DNA of 64,000 nucleotides, taken from Chrysomallon squamiferum. Lineage: Eukaryota; Animalia; Mollusca. Shown in pieces: positions 11,493-30,849 of the stretch. Each line of letters starts with the position of its first letter. Within the stretch, counting starts at the first letter, position 1. A model generated the notes under the pieces. That model worked only from the letters and a program-made list of their open reading frames with translations. It searched no databases and had not been told where the DNA came from. A program made the translations under genes and the position numbers. Location: contig CM022670.1 in the NCBI GenBank assembly GCA_012295275.1, forward strand, positions 13,144,001 through 13,208,000, given 5' to 3'.

Positions 11493-14400
11493 TTACAGCA
11501 TACGTGTAGCTTTGATGGGACTCATAGACAAGTCAAAGTCATCAGATGTATCAAACAGTCTCTTCTTTGGCTCTGTCAGAAACGAGTCTGAATTAGTTGA
11601 TGACAGATCAGCAGTGGAGAGGTAACTGTCATTTACCACTCTGTCATAGGCATGCATTTTCCCAGTATCCGATGGAACGTGATCTACCTGAAATTCATTT
11701 CTGTTGGACGGATAGTTTGAAGAACTTGTGTAGTTCATGTAATCTGAACTGGACGGATTTCCTGGATTTAATGAAGAACTGAATCTGCTTGACAGAGCTC
11801 CAGTACTCGAGGACAAAGGCGCAGAATAAATATTCTGATCTAAATCTGATCTTGAGGACTGTTTTGACCTAAGGGAAGAGGCTGCAGCAAAAGTTGATGG
11901 GAGCAGAGTGGAAACAGAAGTACTTGTTGAGAATTGTGGAAAATCATGATTAGAAAGAACTGAAGATGATGGGCGCATATGTGAAGAGAGAAACGACAAA
12001 CCATTTGACTTGTTAGAAAATGGAAGAGCTTTGGACTGACTTGAATGAACTGAATTTGGTTGGTGGTGAAGGGTTGGGACATGATCAGTAGGCAAGTAGC
12101 GACTAGACAATATTGGTGAGGCAGACCGTGCCAGAAAACTAGGCGCTGCAGTAGAAGCTACTGGCAAATCAGTCAAAGAAGAATATTTCCGAATCCTTGA
12201 GTCTGACGGTAATTCAGTGTGATAGGAACTTTCTTGGAATGTTTTTTTAACAGGATCTGAATGAACTGAATAGACAGCTGCTGGAATATCTGTCAGAGAG
12301 GAATATCTTTTGCCAATTTTCGTTGATGAATATGCATCTTTTACCCCTGAACTGTAGAGATAAGAACTTTTCAGAGGATATTCGTTCAGGTACGACTGAC
12401 TACTGGAACTGGATTCAAATGATGGCTTTGGTAAACCGAGTGCCTGATTTACATATTCCAGTAAACTGCCTGAACTGTTTTTACTTCTGGAAACAGCAGT
12501 ATCCAGCTGATCTGGATTTTCACCATAGCGAGAGGTGTCGCTTCTACATTCATTCTGAGTGGGCTTTTTCAAATAAGTTTTGGAAGTAATATCATGTGAA
12601 TGTATTGAACTGGCTGCATCAAAATTGGTCTCTGATTTTTCTGCTGATGCATAAAGTGTGTGACTTGGATTTCCAAAAGGCCTCGAATCCAATTTCTTGT
12701 AATATTCTGGTTGCCATGCATCGGATGAATAGGAATTATAGGAATGTGACTTTGAAGAGCTGACTGTATAGTCTGGTGTTGTACTTGAACTGAAAATAGG
12801 ATCTATTTTAATTTTATTCTGTACTCCACTGTCTCCACTGGAATAATCCTCACTAGATGATTCAGGTTTGTAAGATGTACTTGAGAGGTAATCTATACTA
12901 AATGATCTGGGAACATCACGACTCGAGAGAGTATGACTGTTTTTCAGATATGAGCCAGTGTCTACACTGGCAGCACTTTCGTATCTGCTGGCTACATCTG
13001 CACTCTGTTGTCTACTTGTCACAACAGAACCATCATATCTACTGGTCACAGCAGCATTTCCAAGTGTACTGGTCCCAGCAACACCTTCATGCCTGCTGGT
13101 CACAGCAGCAGTTTCATGTCTACTAGTCACAGAAGCACCTTCGTGTCTACTGGTAAAAGCATCATCTTCATGTCTACTGGTAAAAGCATCATCTTCATGT
13201 CTACTGGTAAAAGCATCATCTTCACGTCTGCTGGTTACATTTGTATTTTCATGACAGTGAACTTTCTTCTCTGCTCTGTTCAGAAGCTTCATGCAATCAC
13301 TGAGTTCAGGAGTCAAGGAAATGTTCAAGTCATCCAGTTCACTCTGAATTGTTTGTGTGTCATCCAGACCAAAATCAGAAAGATACGGATCATTGCTCCC
13401 CACAGCAGAGTCAAAGTCAGGATCACTCAGAACACTGTTGTTGTTGTTGCTTGAATAATTGATGTATTTGGATTTCAGAATAGGTTTATTTTTTCTCATA
13501 TCTGTGGCTGAAGAATGAGAACCATCTCTGTTAATCTTAGGCAAATCATAATGTCCATTTGGAGGAACAGTAGCAGTTGTTGGAGGTAGAAGACTGCTTT
13601 GTTTTTCATGAAAGCTTCTTGATAGATCAGAATCATAGAAATCTCTCTCTTTTCTGGGAAGGAAAAAGGAAACCTTTTTTGAACCTTTTGATGATGTAGA
13701 AGGACTTTCTACTGGATCTCCTTTTGTCATTGATGCACTTCGAGCTTCCCAATAGCCAGATTTCTTGTCTTTGTCCATATGGTATCTAGTCAAAGAGTCA
13801 GCAGGTACTATATTAAAGGTCACAGAAGATGGTCTGATTATGCTACTACTACTGCCCATATTACTACTTGGATTGAATCTTTTGGTGTATTCACTGTCAT
13901 TGTCTGAATTTTTCACGTTTGTTGAACTCTGACTGTTGGCAGAAGACACCCGAGGAATCTGAGGCGTCTGCTTTGTTTTCTGAACCTCCTGTTCAAGGCT
14001 GTCTATGTAGTGATCACTCCTGTCAAGAGCCTTGTTCAGCTGACGTATTTGATTCTCGTAGCCGTCCACTTGGTTCTCTAAGGTTGCCACGGTTGTTCTA
14101 CCAAATCTAGAAAACAAATAAGAGCCACCATCACTTAATCTTCATTCCTAAAACATAGTTTTAAGGTATTAATAAAAAAAATATATGTATTTGTTTGCAA
14201 ATTCTGTGATGTAATCAAACACTGTTACAATAACGATTAATAAGGCATTAACAATAAAAACTATTAGATATTAAAACTAATTGACAAAATTAAATAATAA
14301 TGGTGTGAAAAACAGATTATTAAACATTACAGGACCTAAAATACAATTTATTTATTAACAGTTTAAAAGTAAAAAAGTAAACGTTTAAAATATTTTCTGT

Positions 14401-15987
14401 TTTGTAAATTTTACTAAAGTCAGAAATTAATTTTCCTTTAACTTTTTTGTTTTTCATTTCTTAAAATCTGTAAATAATGTGTTATAATAACATGTATGGC
14501 ATGCTTATTAAGCCAAGTTGACTCTATAAGCAGTACTTTCTGTTATCAAAAAAGTAATACAAACTTTTGTGGTGATCTGGTAGACATGACCAATCTAAGC
14601 TTTTCATTTTCCCTGCTAAGGTAAACATTCTGATCCTTCAGTCTATCATTTTCCTGAATTTTAAAATTAACAGCTAGTGAAACATATAATGCTGTACATC
14701 AGATATTAACAATGCCCCCACATCCAAATAATTTTTTTTTTTTTATTTATTTAATTACTTTAAAAAAACAAACACCAAAAAAAAAAAAAAAATCTCAATA
14801 AGAAGCAATCACTAATACTTTCAAAATTATATAAATTATACATAGCATATATACAGTCATACATTCTTGGTAGTACACATTCTTTGACAGACATTAAAAC
14901 GTGTCAGTCAAGCATAACATATTTAATTTATACAAGAACTTACAATTTATAAATATGTTCAAGTATATCTGAATCCATTGTAATCCATACCTTTTTGACC
15001 CTGTCTAGCTCCTCTTTGATTTTCTTATTCAAGGTCTGAGCTTCTAGTACTTTTTTATTAAGATACTGAACACTTGTACTATTTGAAATGTCAGAAGAGA
15101 TGGAATCAGAACTCTTTGCCGATCCAGTCCTTAATCGAGCTTTGAGAATGTCATTTTCAGCTCTCAGCATAAGTGATTCTGACTGAAGTTTTTCAAATTC
15201 ATCCTGAAACAGTAAGTTTTTTTTTAAATATTTTTAATAATCTTCATGTTCAGTATGGTGTGCTTACAAGTGATTTCTAATGATCTGGACAGTGGACCGA
15301 ATGCATTCTATATACATCCAGGTTTATTTATTTATTTATTTATTTATTGTGTAAAGTTCTAATAACAAAATTATCTGGAAATTGTTTTTTTAATATAAAT
15401 ATTAATTTATGTTCTTTTTTTAATAAATGTAGTAAGGGGAAATAACTCTTACAAAAGAAGAAAATTGTAGTAACATTATGGTGACAATATCATGAACTAA
15501 TATCATTAAATAACAGATTATAGAATAGCTTTTAAAATTTTAAAATTTACTTACAGATTCATTAAATCTGAATCTGTTTTATTTAACAACAATTACAAAT
15601 ACTGAAATATTTTTAAAATTTCTTTGATACAATTAATACAGATTACCAAAATTTCAAAAATTGTTAAAAAGAACTGTAATGATATTAATGAACCACATGT
15701 GATATTCATGGAAGAAGAATGACAAACCTCATATTCTTTGTAAAGACGCTGAAATCGTGTTTTTCTTAATTCAGGATTTGATCCATTGTCATCCAAAACT
15801 TCCTCCATGCCACCTTAAATATAATGTAATTGATAAAATCAGTTCACAGTCATTAATTAAGATATCATAATTATGTACAAAACTGCATGATTACCAAAAA
15901 AAAAATAACATTCAAGACTTTCAGTTTTGTCAAACAGAAAAGCTGGTTCTTGACATAGGACCAAGATGCGTAACACAAACACAAACA

Positions 15988-16041
<54 letters not shown>

Positions 16042-16469
16042 TTACACTCATACACAAACAACAGTATATTAAAAAAAAGTTTAAAGTTAACCTTTAATTT
16101 GTTTTAATGGATGGTTAGGGCTAATCACAGTTCGACAGGCTGGACAGTATTTATTCCTCTGAAGCCAAACATCCATGCAAGCGTGACAAAATACATGGTT
16201 GTTTGAACACATCACTGGCTTCCTGACCTAAAAGTATAAAACATTTTATACACTTTTCTGAAAAGAAAAAAAAAGAAAAAAAAAAGAAAAATACCAGAAA
16301 CAAACAGACTGATGAGATGATTCTACCATTTTATGGGCTACATATCAATTAGCAAAAAGTATAGCTCAATAATTAGTCACAGGGTTATAAAAGAAATGGC
16401 AAAGTGCCAGGACAGCATGAGTATACATGACGACTCAGACTTCATTCATTATATATTAATAAAATATTA

Positions 16470-16500
<31 letters not shown>

Positions 16501-17053
16501 TTTATTTTAGATTTTTTTTCCTGATATTTCAAAGGTCATGAAAGATATTTATAAAACAATCATCATTTGGGAATGCAAACCACAGAAAACAAATATGGCC
16601 TTCAATCTGAACTTACTTAGTATTTTATTCTAATATTTCGTTTTCTTTGGCGTCTTTTGTTACCATAGTAACAGCAGCCCTTATTAAACGATACTGTTTA
16701 GAAAGTGAAAAACAAGAAAGAAAACGATCTCGATAACACTTAAAACTGTCTTTGGTCATGTAATTGCTTTAATCTATTCAACTTAATTATCTACATTAAC
16801 TGTATTTTATCAAAGGAATTTTAAGAACTTTTAACTTTGGTTTCAAAAATCATGAGAAAAAAAAGAAAACGTCAACGTTTTTGCAGTGTTATGTATATCA
16901 GGGAAGTATGCACAAATATAACTAAAATAAAGGGCAATGTATGACAAGTAAACAGTTCTGATTTACCCTTTCTAGGCATATTTGACAATATATTGGTAAT
17001 GTGGTATGTGACGTTTCGATCTTGCTGGATCCTGCATTCATTCCAGCCGCCAT
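11493..17053 (-). CDS. OBI1: ORC ubiquitin ligase 1 (RNF219) RING E3 ligase; exons 17053-16967, 16227-16092, 15813-15728, 15203-14991, 14653-14565, 14106-11493
   Basis: Spliced product reads MAAGMN...TLPIYCQICLER/VRKPVMCSNNHVFCHACMDVWLQRNKYCPACRTVI (RING), LRKTRFQRLYKEYE, and the coiled coil RENEKLR...RSPQKFGRTTVATLENQVDGYENQIRQLNKALDRSDHYIDSLE. These match vertebrate RNF219 motifs. All introns are GT-AG and in frame. Confidence 0.93.
12960..13240 (-). repeat. Coding 27-bp minisatellite (9-aa unit TSRHEDDAF and variants, about 10 units) in the OBI1 last exon
   Basis: TSRREDDAF TSRHEDDAF TSRHEDDAF TSRHEGASV TSRHETAAV TSRHEGVAG ... in the 874-aa ORF. Confidence 0.9.
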
Positions 17054-17472
17054 TACAGTAAACAATAATATTAATACGCAAACAAATGTTTTGTTCTATT
17101 ACAGACGCCTGCTAATGTCGTACCCGTGAATGCCATAATACATATATTACACTAACTCTTAAACTGTTTTAGTTATAATTATATAAGATGTAGCTGCATG
17201 TATTTTAAAATATATAATTGAAGTAACTTTATTTTTATGTTTTGTGCGCTTATATGTCCTGTATGTTGTTAGGCAACTTCCGGAAACGTCTTCTTTAGTC
17301 TTTAGTGAAGTTGTTCTCTAAATTACCAGATTGTTGAATATAATTCGATTTTTATATATTTTTTTTTTAATTTATTATACAGTATCATGCAGAGAATCAT
17401 ATTTATTTAAATTATTAGGCATATTCCTGTTTAGCATTTGCTGAACGGCCTGAGCGTAAATGAAGTTTTTGA
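17054..17472. promoter_or_regulatory. Probable bidirectional promoter OBI1/SLC10A7
   Basis: Divergent ATGs about 420 bp apart. ETS-type ACTTCCGGAA at 17276-17285. Confidence 0.7.
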
Positions 17473-23797
<6,325 letters not shown>

Positions 23798-24789
23798 TTT
23801 CAAAGTGTTTTATCAAGTGATAGAAAAGGCAATCAAAATAAAAAATCATATTTTTGATATTTCAACATGTTACATCTTGCAAGGACATCCATGAAGGTTT
23901 TATATTTAACCAAATCAAATTTAAGTAACTTAACTTTATTGAATACTGATAATTTTTTATTTTTTAATATACATCCAGATTAATAGTATACTTAATTGTT
24001 CTATACAATGGTTTTATAGATGAGATTCCACCCTTTATTAATTTGTTTGACTAGTATCAATCAAAATCCACTGCCAATTAAACGGAACTTAATTTCTGAG
24101 AAAAAGAATTTCGTATCTAAACACTTTGTTACTTTAGTTTAAACCTATCTTTAAAAATTTTATTAGCATGTTACAATAAATATTATTAAATAAATTATTT
24201 TGCTCTTTGTTTTTAATGATTGGATACAATTTTTTTTTTAAATAGTGTTAAACATTCATTCAGTTTCACCAACTCATCATGTTTCTATTTATATTAACTT
24301 ACAGACAAAGGGAGAATGGTTTTGTCGCCATACATGGATAAGCAGTAAGGTAACTTTTATAAACTCCTTCCATAGACATGAAAGCACATAACACAACCTT
24401 TGATAAAATAATCACATCATTGGCTGGGATGGAAATTGCTCAACATACGCTTTGGTGTAATGAGATAGACAGCTAGATAGATAGATAGATATAGACAAGA
24501 GAGAAAAAAAAGAATCTATTAATAATATATGAAGTTTTTTTTTTGGTTTGATCTGAATAGTGGCCAGTAATCTTTCTTGTGACACTAGTCGTGGCTGAAC
24601 TGAGAGACTGATTCCATGGTTCTCTAAATTATTAGTTTCATTATGAAAAAAGCTTTATATATACTTACCTTTTACTTTATTTAGACAATGACATACAAAC
24701 CTGTCGCTCATTCAGTTGTGCTCAATCCTGTAGATATTTTTTAGGCAACACAGTTTGTCAATTGCAGATTTCACACATCACTGCCGACT

Positions 24790-25180
24790 TCAAGACAATG
24801 TCTCAAAATCAAGTCATGTCTAGACAGTGTTTTACAATCATCATGTCTAGACAATGTCTCACAATCAAATCACACATTTAGACTGTCTCACAATCAAGCC
24901 ATGGCTAGACAATGTCTCAGTCAAATCATATTTAGACAATGTCTCACGTTTAGACTGTCTCACAATCAAATCACATTTACACTGTCTCATGTCTAGACAA
25001 TGTCTCACAATCAAATTACACTTCCACTAAGTTCAAGACAGTTTCACAATCAAATCATACACATCTAGATACTGTCAGTCAAATCTTTCACTTCTAAACG
25101 TCTCACATTCAAATTGTACACATCTAGACAACGCTTCACAATCAAATTATGTACCTCTAGACAATGTTTCAAATCCCACA
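24790..25180. repeat. Degenerate ~30-bp minisatellite (core TCTAGACAATGTCTCACAATCAAATCA)
   Basis: The core recurs roughly a dozen times with variation between the SLC10A7 and RBM26 3' ends. Confidence 0.75.
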
Positions 25181-27569
25181 CCAAGTCTGAACAGTCATGA
25201 GGTTACAGTATCCCATCCACAACTCTTTTATAAAATAAACACACTAATCATATAAAACGGTAATGGCTCACAATCCTTTCACTTATCTAAATAATGTCAG
25301 ACTATCGTGCAATTCTGTTACTGTGCTACACACTGCAAACTTTTAGACCAATGTACACAACTTGCATTAACTTCATGTATACCTTTCACCTCCTAAACAA
25401 TACTATTCTTTTGTTTTTGAATTCCCACACAATTCTAACTTTTGAATCAGTCTACGAACAACTTGCATTACATGAATACATGAACACACAAACACACGTC
25501 AAAAAATCTATGTGTAATCAGTTTGTGCAAAATTCCTCTCCAGGAATTTTTGTTGGTTTTTTTTATTATTATTTTGTTGGTGACATTCTGTCACATCTTT
25601 TCATTTATTTTAAACATTCTTTTTTCCTCTTTACATATCATTTTCAACTTTTTACACTAACATATTTTTTTATATTTTTTTTTTTTCTTTCAAACATCAA
25701 CAAGTTCAACAAAGCAGCATTCACTTCAATTGTTTTTTCCACATTATAATTGTTATAATTTCACTTCAATTTTTTTTTTTTTTTTTTATAGTTTAATTTA
25801 GTATACATCATTTTGCATACTTAATTTTTTTTTTTTGTTTTTTCATATTTTTTTTTTAAATTGTATGAATGCATACTATGCTGAATTTAACAAATATTTT
25901 CATTAAATAAGGTACAATTCGTGTAACTGTTAATGTACAATCTTGAAAATCTATTATACAATGATCATGTAAAGAAGTTTCTTTGTCCCTCAGGAACAAT
26001 ATTATGATGTAACATATGATACCCAACTTGCAATAATAAATAATACATAAAAATGGCTTCAAAGTCAAACAAATATAATAATAAAAAGAAAAATTTTAAA
26101 AGTCAAATAACCAAAAAATAGATGCATATAATAAATTACATATAAATTAATGAAAATAATAGAACAACCCATTTACATTCCTTGTGGTAATTAACAGGGT
26201 TTTTCTTCCTTTTCTTTATATGTTATAATTTCAATTATGATTTCATAAAAAAAATTATTCATTTTGATGACATATGAATTGTGTATCATTTCATTTTCTA
26301 ATAAAAGTTTTTAATTTTATACACTACAGAAGTCCATGCTATCTGAATCAAATACAGACTGCACTTGCATGTTTAATCGTGTATATCTAAAAGTGGTCTT
26401 CAGTAAAATAACATTCTGCTTAATTCTGTTTACTTTCACTCCTCCTTAAAAAAAAAAAAAAAAAAAAAAAAAATGATATTAATAAATATAACTACAAAAA
26501 AAAAATGAAATAAATAATGAAATGAAAAACCTTTATCCTCAATATTAATTCTGCAAACAGTAACACATTAACAAAACGAATAATAAAAATTAATGTGTCA
26601 TTTATAAAACAAATCTACAATTTATTTTAAAAGGAAAACTGCATTTCCAAATTTAATGAAATGTACTTTAAAACAAAATCAAGGATGAATATTACAATTG
26701 TTAAATACTAGTTCGTTTACTGAAAGTAAATAAACACTTATTTTCAAAGGCGAGTTCTAAATTCAAATATATTAAATGTCTTTTAAGATGAAACTGTTAT
26801 ATTCTGCATCTCTCAAAGATCGTAGTGCGTAGACAAGTGAGCAGACCATTAATAAAAAATATTTTCAGAAAAATGAGTAACAGACTAGATGCATGAACCC
26901 TGTTAATTTTTGCTATTCTACAAAACAAAAATTTTCACATCTAATTAAAAAAAAGGAAAGTTATTTCGAATGGTAAAATAATCTCTTACTATTACAATCA
27001 ATGAAGTTTACTACTATTATTTTTAAAATAAATTTCACAAATGCGATATAATTAGTCAGAAAACACACTGGAATTAATAAAAAAAAATAAACAATTTTAT
27101 AAATTTTTAACCATAATACAAGTTTTTATCACTGGTTATTACCTTCAAGTTATGTATTTGTTACAAAATTCAGAGAAAAAAGATAACAACTCGAACAATC
27201 CATATATATATTGAAACAATATTGCAACATTACCAGTAAATATTAAAACAAATCATTATAAATTACATTATCATACATTACTCTCTTCCTGCATTCTTCA
27301 TCAAAACTTTCCTACCATTAACATACAAAAATATTGGATATTTCATTAACAGTGATAATTATCAGCTGGTGGTTATCAGAATTGGCAGTTTATAATACAA
27401 TACTTTGAAACAAAACACAAATACAAGCAGTAACAGTTTGTATTTGTATGATATAATAACCAAACCACATTATTTTGTATCTGATGGGCCTGAGGAAATA
27501 AATGACTTTTAAAACACATGTGTTATTGAACAAAACCATTAAAAAAAAATTCTATTTAAAATACAGATT

Positions 27570-28904
27570 CTATTTCCGCCATGATCGACTTTCTTCATGG
27601 TCCTCCTCGTCTTCATCAGCACCAAGAATTGCATCTTCATCTATGTCATCAGTGACCTGGCTCTGAAAATACAATCAATGGTTTAGCTTGATCTAAATGA
27701 ACACAATCTACATCATACACAGCATTATTCAGCAAAGTATAAATATCTACATCATCAGTGAAATTACAATCATTCACACCATTTATCAGATATAAATATC
27801 TACATCATCAGTGAAATTACAATCATTCACATTTATCAAATATAAATATCTACATCATCACTGAAATTCCAATCATACACAACATTTATCAAATATAAAT
27901 ATCTACATCATCACTGAAATTACAATCATTCACACCATTTATCAAATATAAATATCTACATCATCACTGAAATTACAATCATTCACACCATTTATCAAAT
28001 ATAAATATCTACATCATCACTGAAATTGCAATCGTACACAACATTTGTCAAATATAAATATCTACATCAGTGAAATTACAATCATGCACAAGATTTATCC
28101 AATATAAATATCTACATCATCACTAAAATTACAATCATACATAACATTTATCAAATATAAATATCTACATCTTCACTGAAATCACAATCATGCACAACAT
28201 TTATCAAATATAAGTATCTACATCATCAGTGAAATTACAATCATTTACAACATTTATCAAATATAAATATCTACATCGTCACTGAAATTACAATCATACT
28301 CAACGTTTATCAAATATAAATATCTACATCATCAGTGAAATTACAATCATACACATCATTTATCAAATACAAATATCTATATCATCACTGAAATTGCATT
28401 CCTTCATACAGTGTTTTATTTAAAAAATTATAAATACCTACATCATCACTGAAATTACATCGTATCAGTTTAAATAACATTTCTATATCATTTCTCTAAA
28501 ATTACAATCACGCACAGTATCATTTACCCAGATAACATTCTGAAATAACAACAACACACAGCATTATTTAGCCAGTTATAAATATCACATGTTGGATGCT
28601 CTGGAAAGTGTGTGTATTGGTGTGTTTGGGTGGATAGAGAGCAAGTTCAAAAATAATAATATTATACATCACAAATAAAACACAGTCCTAGAAAAAATAA
28701 ACCCACACCGTCACTCTGTTTTTTAATAATCATTTTCAATGTCATTTCTTCAATTCTTAAAAATAAATAATAAATCTGCAAGACGGCACTAAAACCAAGA
28801 CTGAAAATAAAATAATTTACAGTTTAAAGTCTTTTACAACTTTAGTTTCCATCTGTTTCATTCAAAATAACAACTTTATTATAGACGTCGTTACCCTCTC
28901 TTTT

Positions 28905-28943
<39 letters not shown>

Positions 28944-29764
28944 TTTGATAACAATGTCTTATTCTAAACTCAAAGAATGTAACTAAATACTTCAAGTTAT
29001 CCAGCCTTAAAACAAAGACCAAATTTTATCCAAAAACAAAAAATCATTATGTACTCATTAGCATTTATTTGAAAATAAAATGATCTTTAATCAACAGTTC
29101 TGTTGAATTAATATCAACGTAACGTGGAAGTTTTTTTTTTTAAATTGGCTATCACATATTCTAATTGTTATTTTAAACTTTTCTTGGAGTATTTAAATCC
29201 ACTTTTTGACTAAAAGCATTAAGAATGGAAAAGATTACAAACAGGTATGTTAATTAATGAGCTATAGCATTAATATATTTACAGGTGCAAACTAACAAAT
29301 TAAAATTAAAATCTAGGGGGTAAACATTTTAATTACATTGCAAAGAAGTGAAGGGAAAAAATAATAAAACATCCCCTGAAGTAATGCAGATCATATATGT
29401 ACTTTTCAGACAATTCTGTTATGGACAAGATTTATCGTGAAATAAAAATAAAATAAAAATAACTAAATAAACAATTATTTTTATTTATTTATTTATTTTC
29501 TAAATTGTTTTCTTTAATAAATTATTAAATGAGATTAAACTAACAGATTCATAAATATACATACCTCCTCATCATCACCACCAACAATGTCATCACTAAC
29601 TACACTGACACTGCGAATGTAGCCTACATGCCATCTCACCATCAATTCTTTATCATTGAATTTGCCACCTCTAGCCATTGCCTGCAACAGAAATATCTGT
29701 CATTTTAAATACAGCATTTAAAAAACTATAAAGTAAAATGTAATTATATTTTGGTGGCTGTTGG

Positions 29765-29796
<32 letters not shown>

Positions 29797-30813
29797 CTAT
29801 AAATATTTTGCCAATAAGCAATCTAAAATCTGAAAACAAAAAAACTAGAAATCAACTGTAGCAATCAAGAAAAATAAAATTATTTAAGGTACCTAAAGGT
29901 CTTTTGAAACGTCAACTGTTAATCAAATAATCACATCCGATGAAAAGAATGAAAAATTTACATTACCCTTTCAGCATCTTTCCTTGTTTTGAATGTAATT
30001 ATTGCACATGGAACAGTATCGTTGTATTCAATCTTCTCTATCTGACATGCCTGAAATAAACATACAATGAGCAATAATGTTTGAACACTTTTCTTTTGAG
30101 GAATGCAGCAAAAATTTTAAAACAATTTCATTTACAACATAAACAAATAACAGTTCTTTAAAAAAATATTACTTATAATTTTTTTTTCATTCTTAGTATA
30201 TAATGTATCTCCTGAACAACACCCAATTTTTAAAACTTCACGATTATCACTGATGAAAATTACTTTAAGCACATCACATTTCCTAGTTCTCTGTAATAGT
30301 CTTAAAAAAACATGAACTGTAATAAAAAGGAAAAAAACAAAACAAAACAGTTACCATAACAAACTTACACTAAAATGATTTTTGATTTCGTCTTTCTCCT
30401 CCAGTATAAATCCCTTTACTTCTAATGTCTTGGGTCTTTTATCCAAAGACAGGCTGCCTGTGGTCAGTACTCCATGCCCTCTACCTCTTGAGGTCCACAT
30501 TCCTCTCCCTCTCACCCAGCTACCACGACCACGCCCTCTTCCCTTTCCACGTCCTCGACCTAGTAGTCCAAGCGCGGTTGCCTGTATCAAAAGTAAAAAT
30601 AATATAAATATATCTCCAAACACACACACCCACATATCATACACATACTCAGAAATACACAATATAAATGCATCAAAAATATTTAAACCAGAAGACAGTT
30701 TCATGACTATATTAGTATATTTTAGTTCAATATATCATGTGGTTTATATTCACCATAAAATCTCTGAAATCAGTAAATTTGAGTAGAAGGAATTGTTTAA
30801 GTTCCAGGTTTTC

Positions 30814-30849
<36 letters not shown>

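Noticed and set aside
27700-28520. Regular repeat array as a possible CRISPR
   Set aside because: Contiguous units without unique spacers, located in a eukaryotic intron, with no cas genes.
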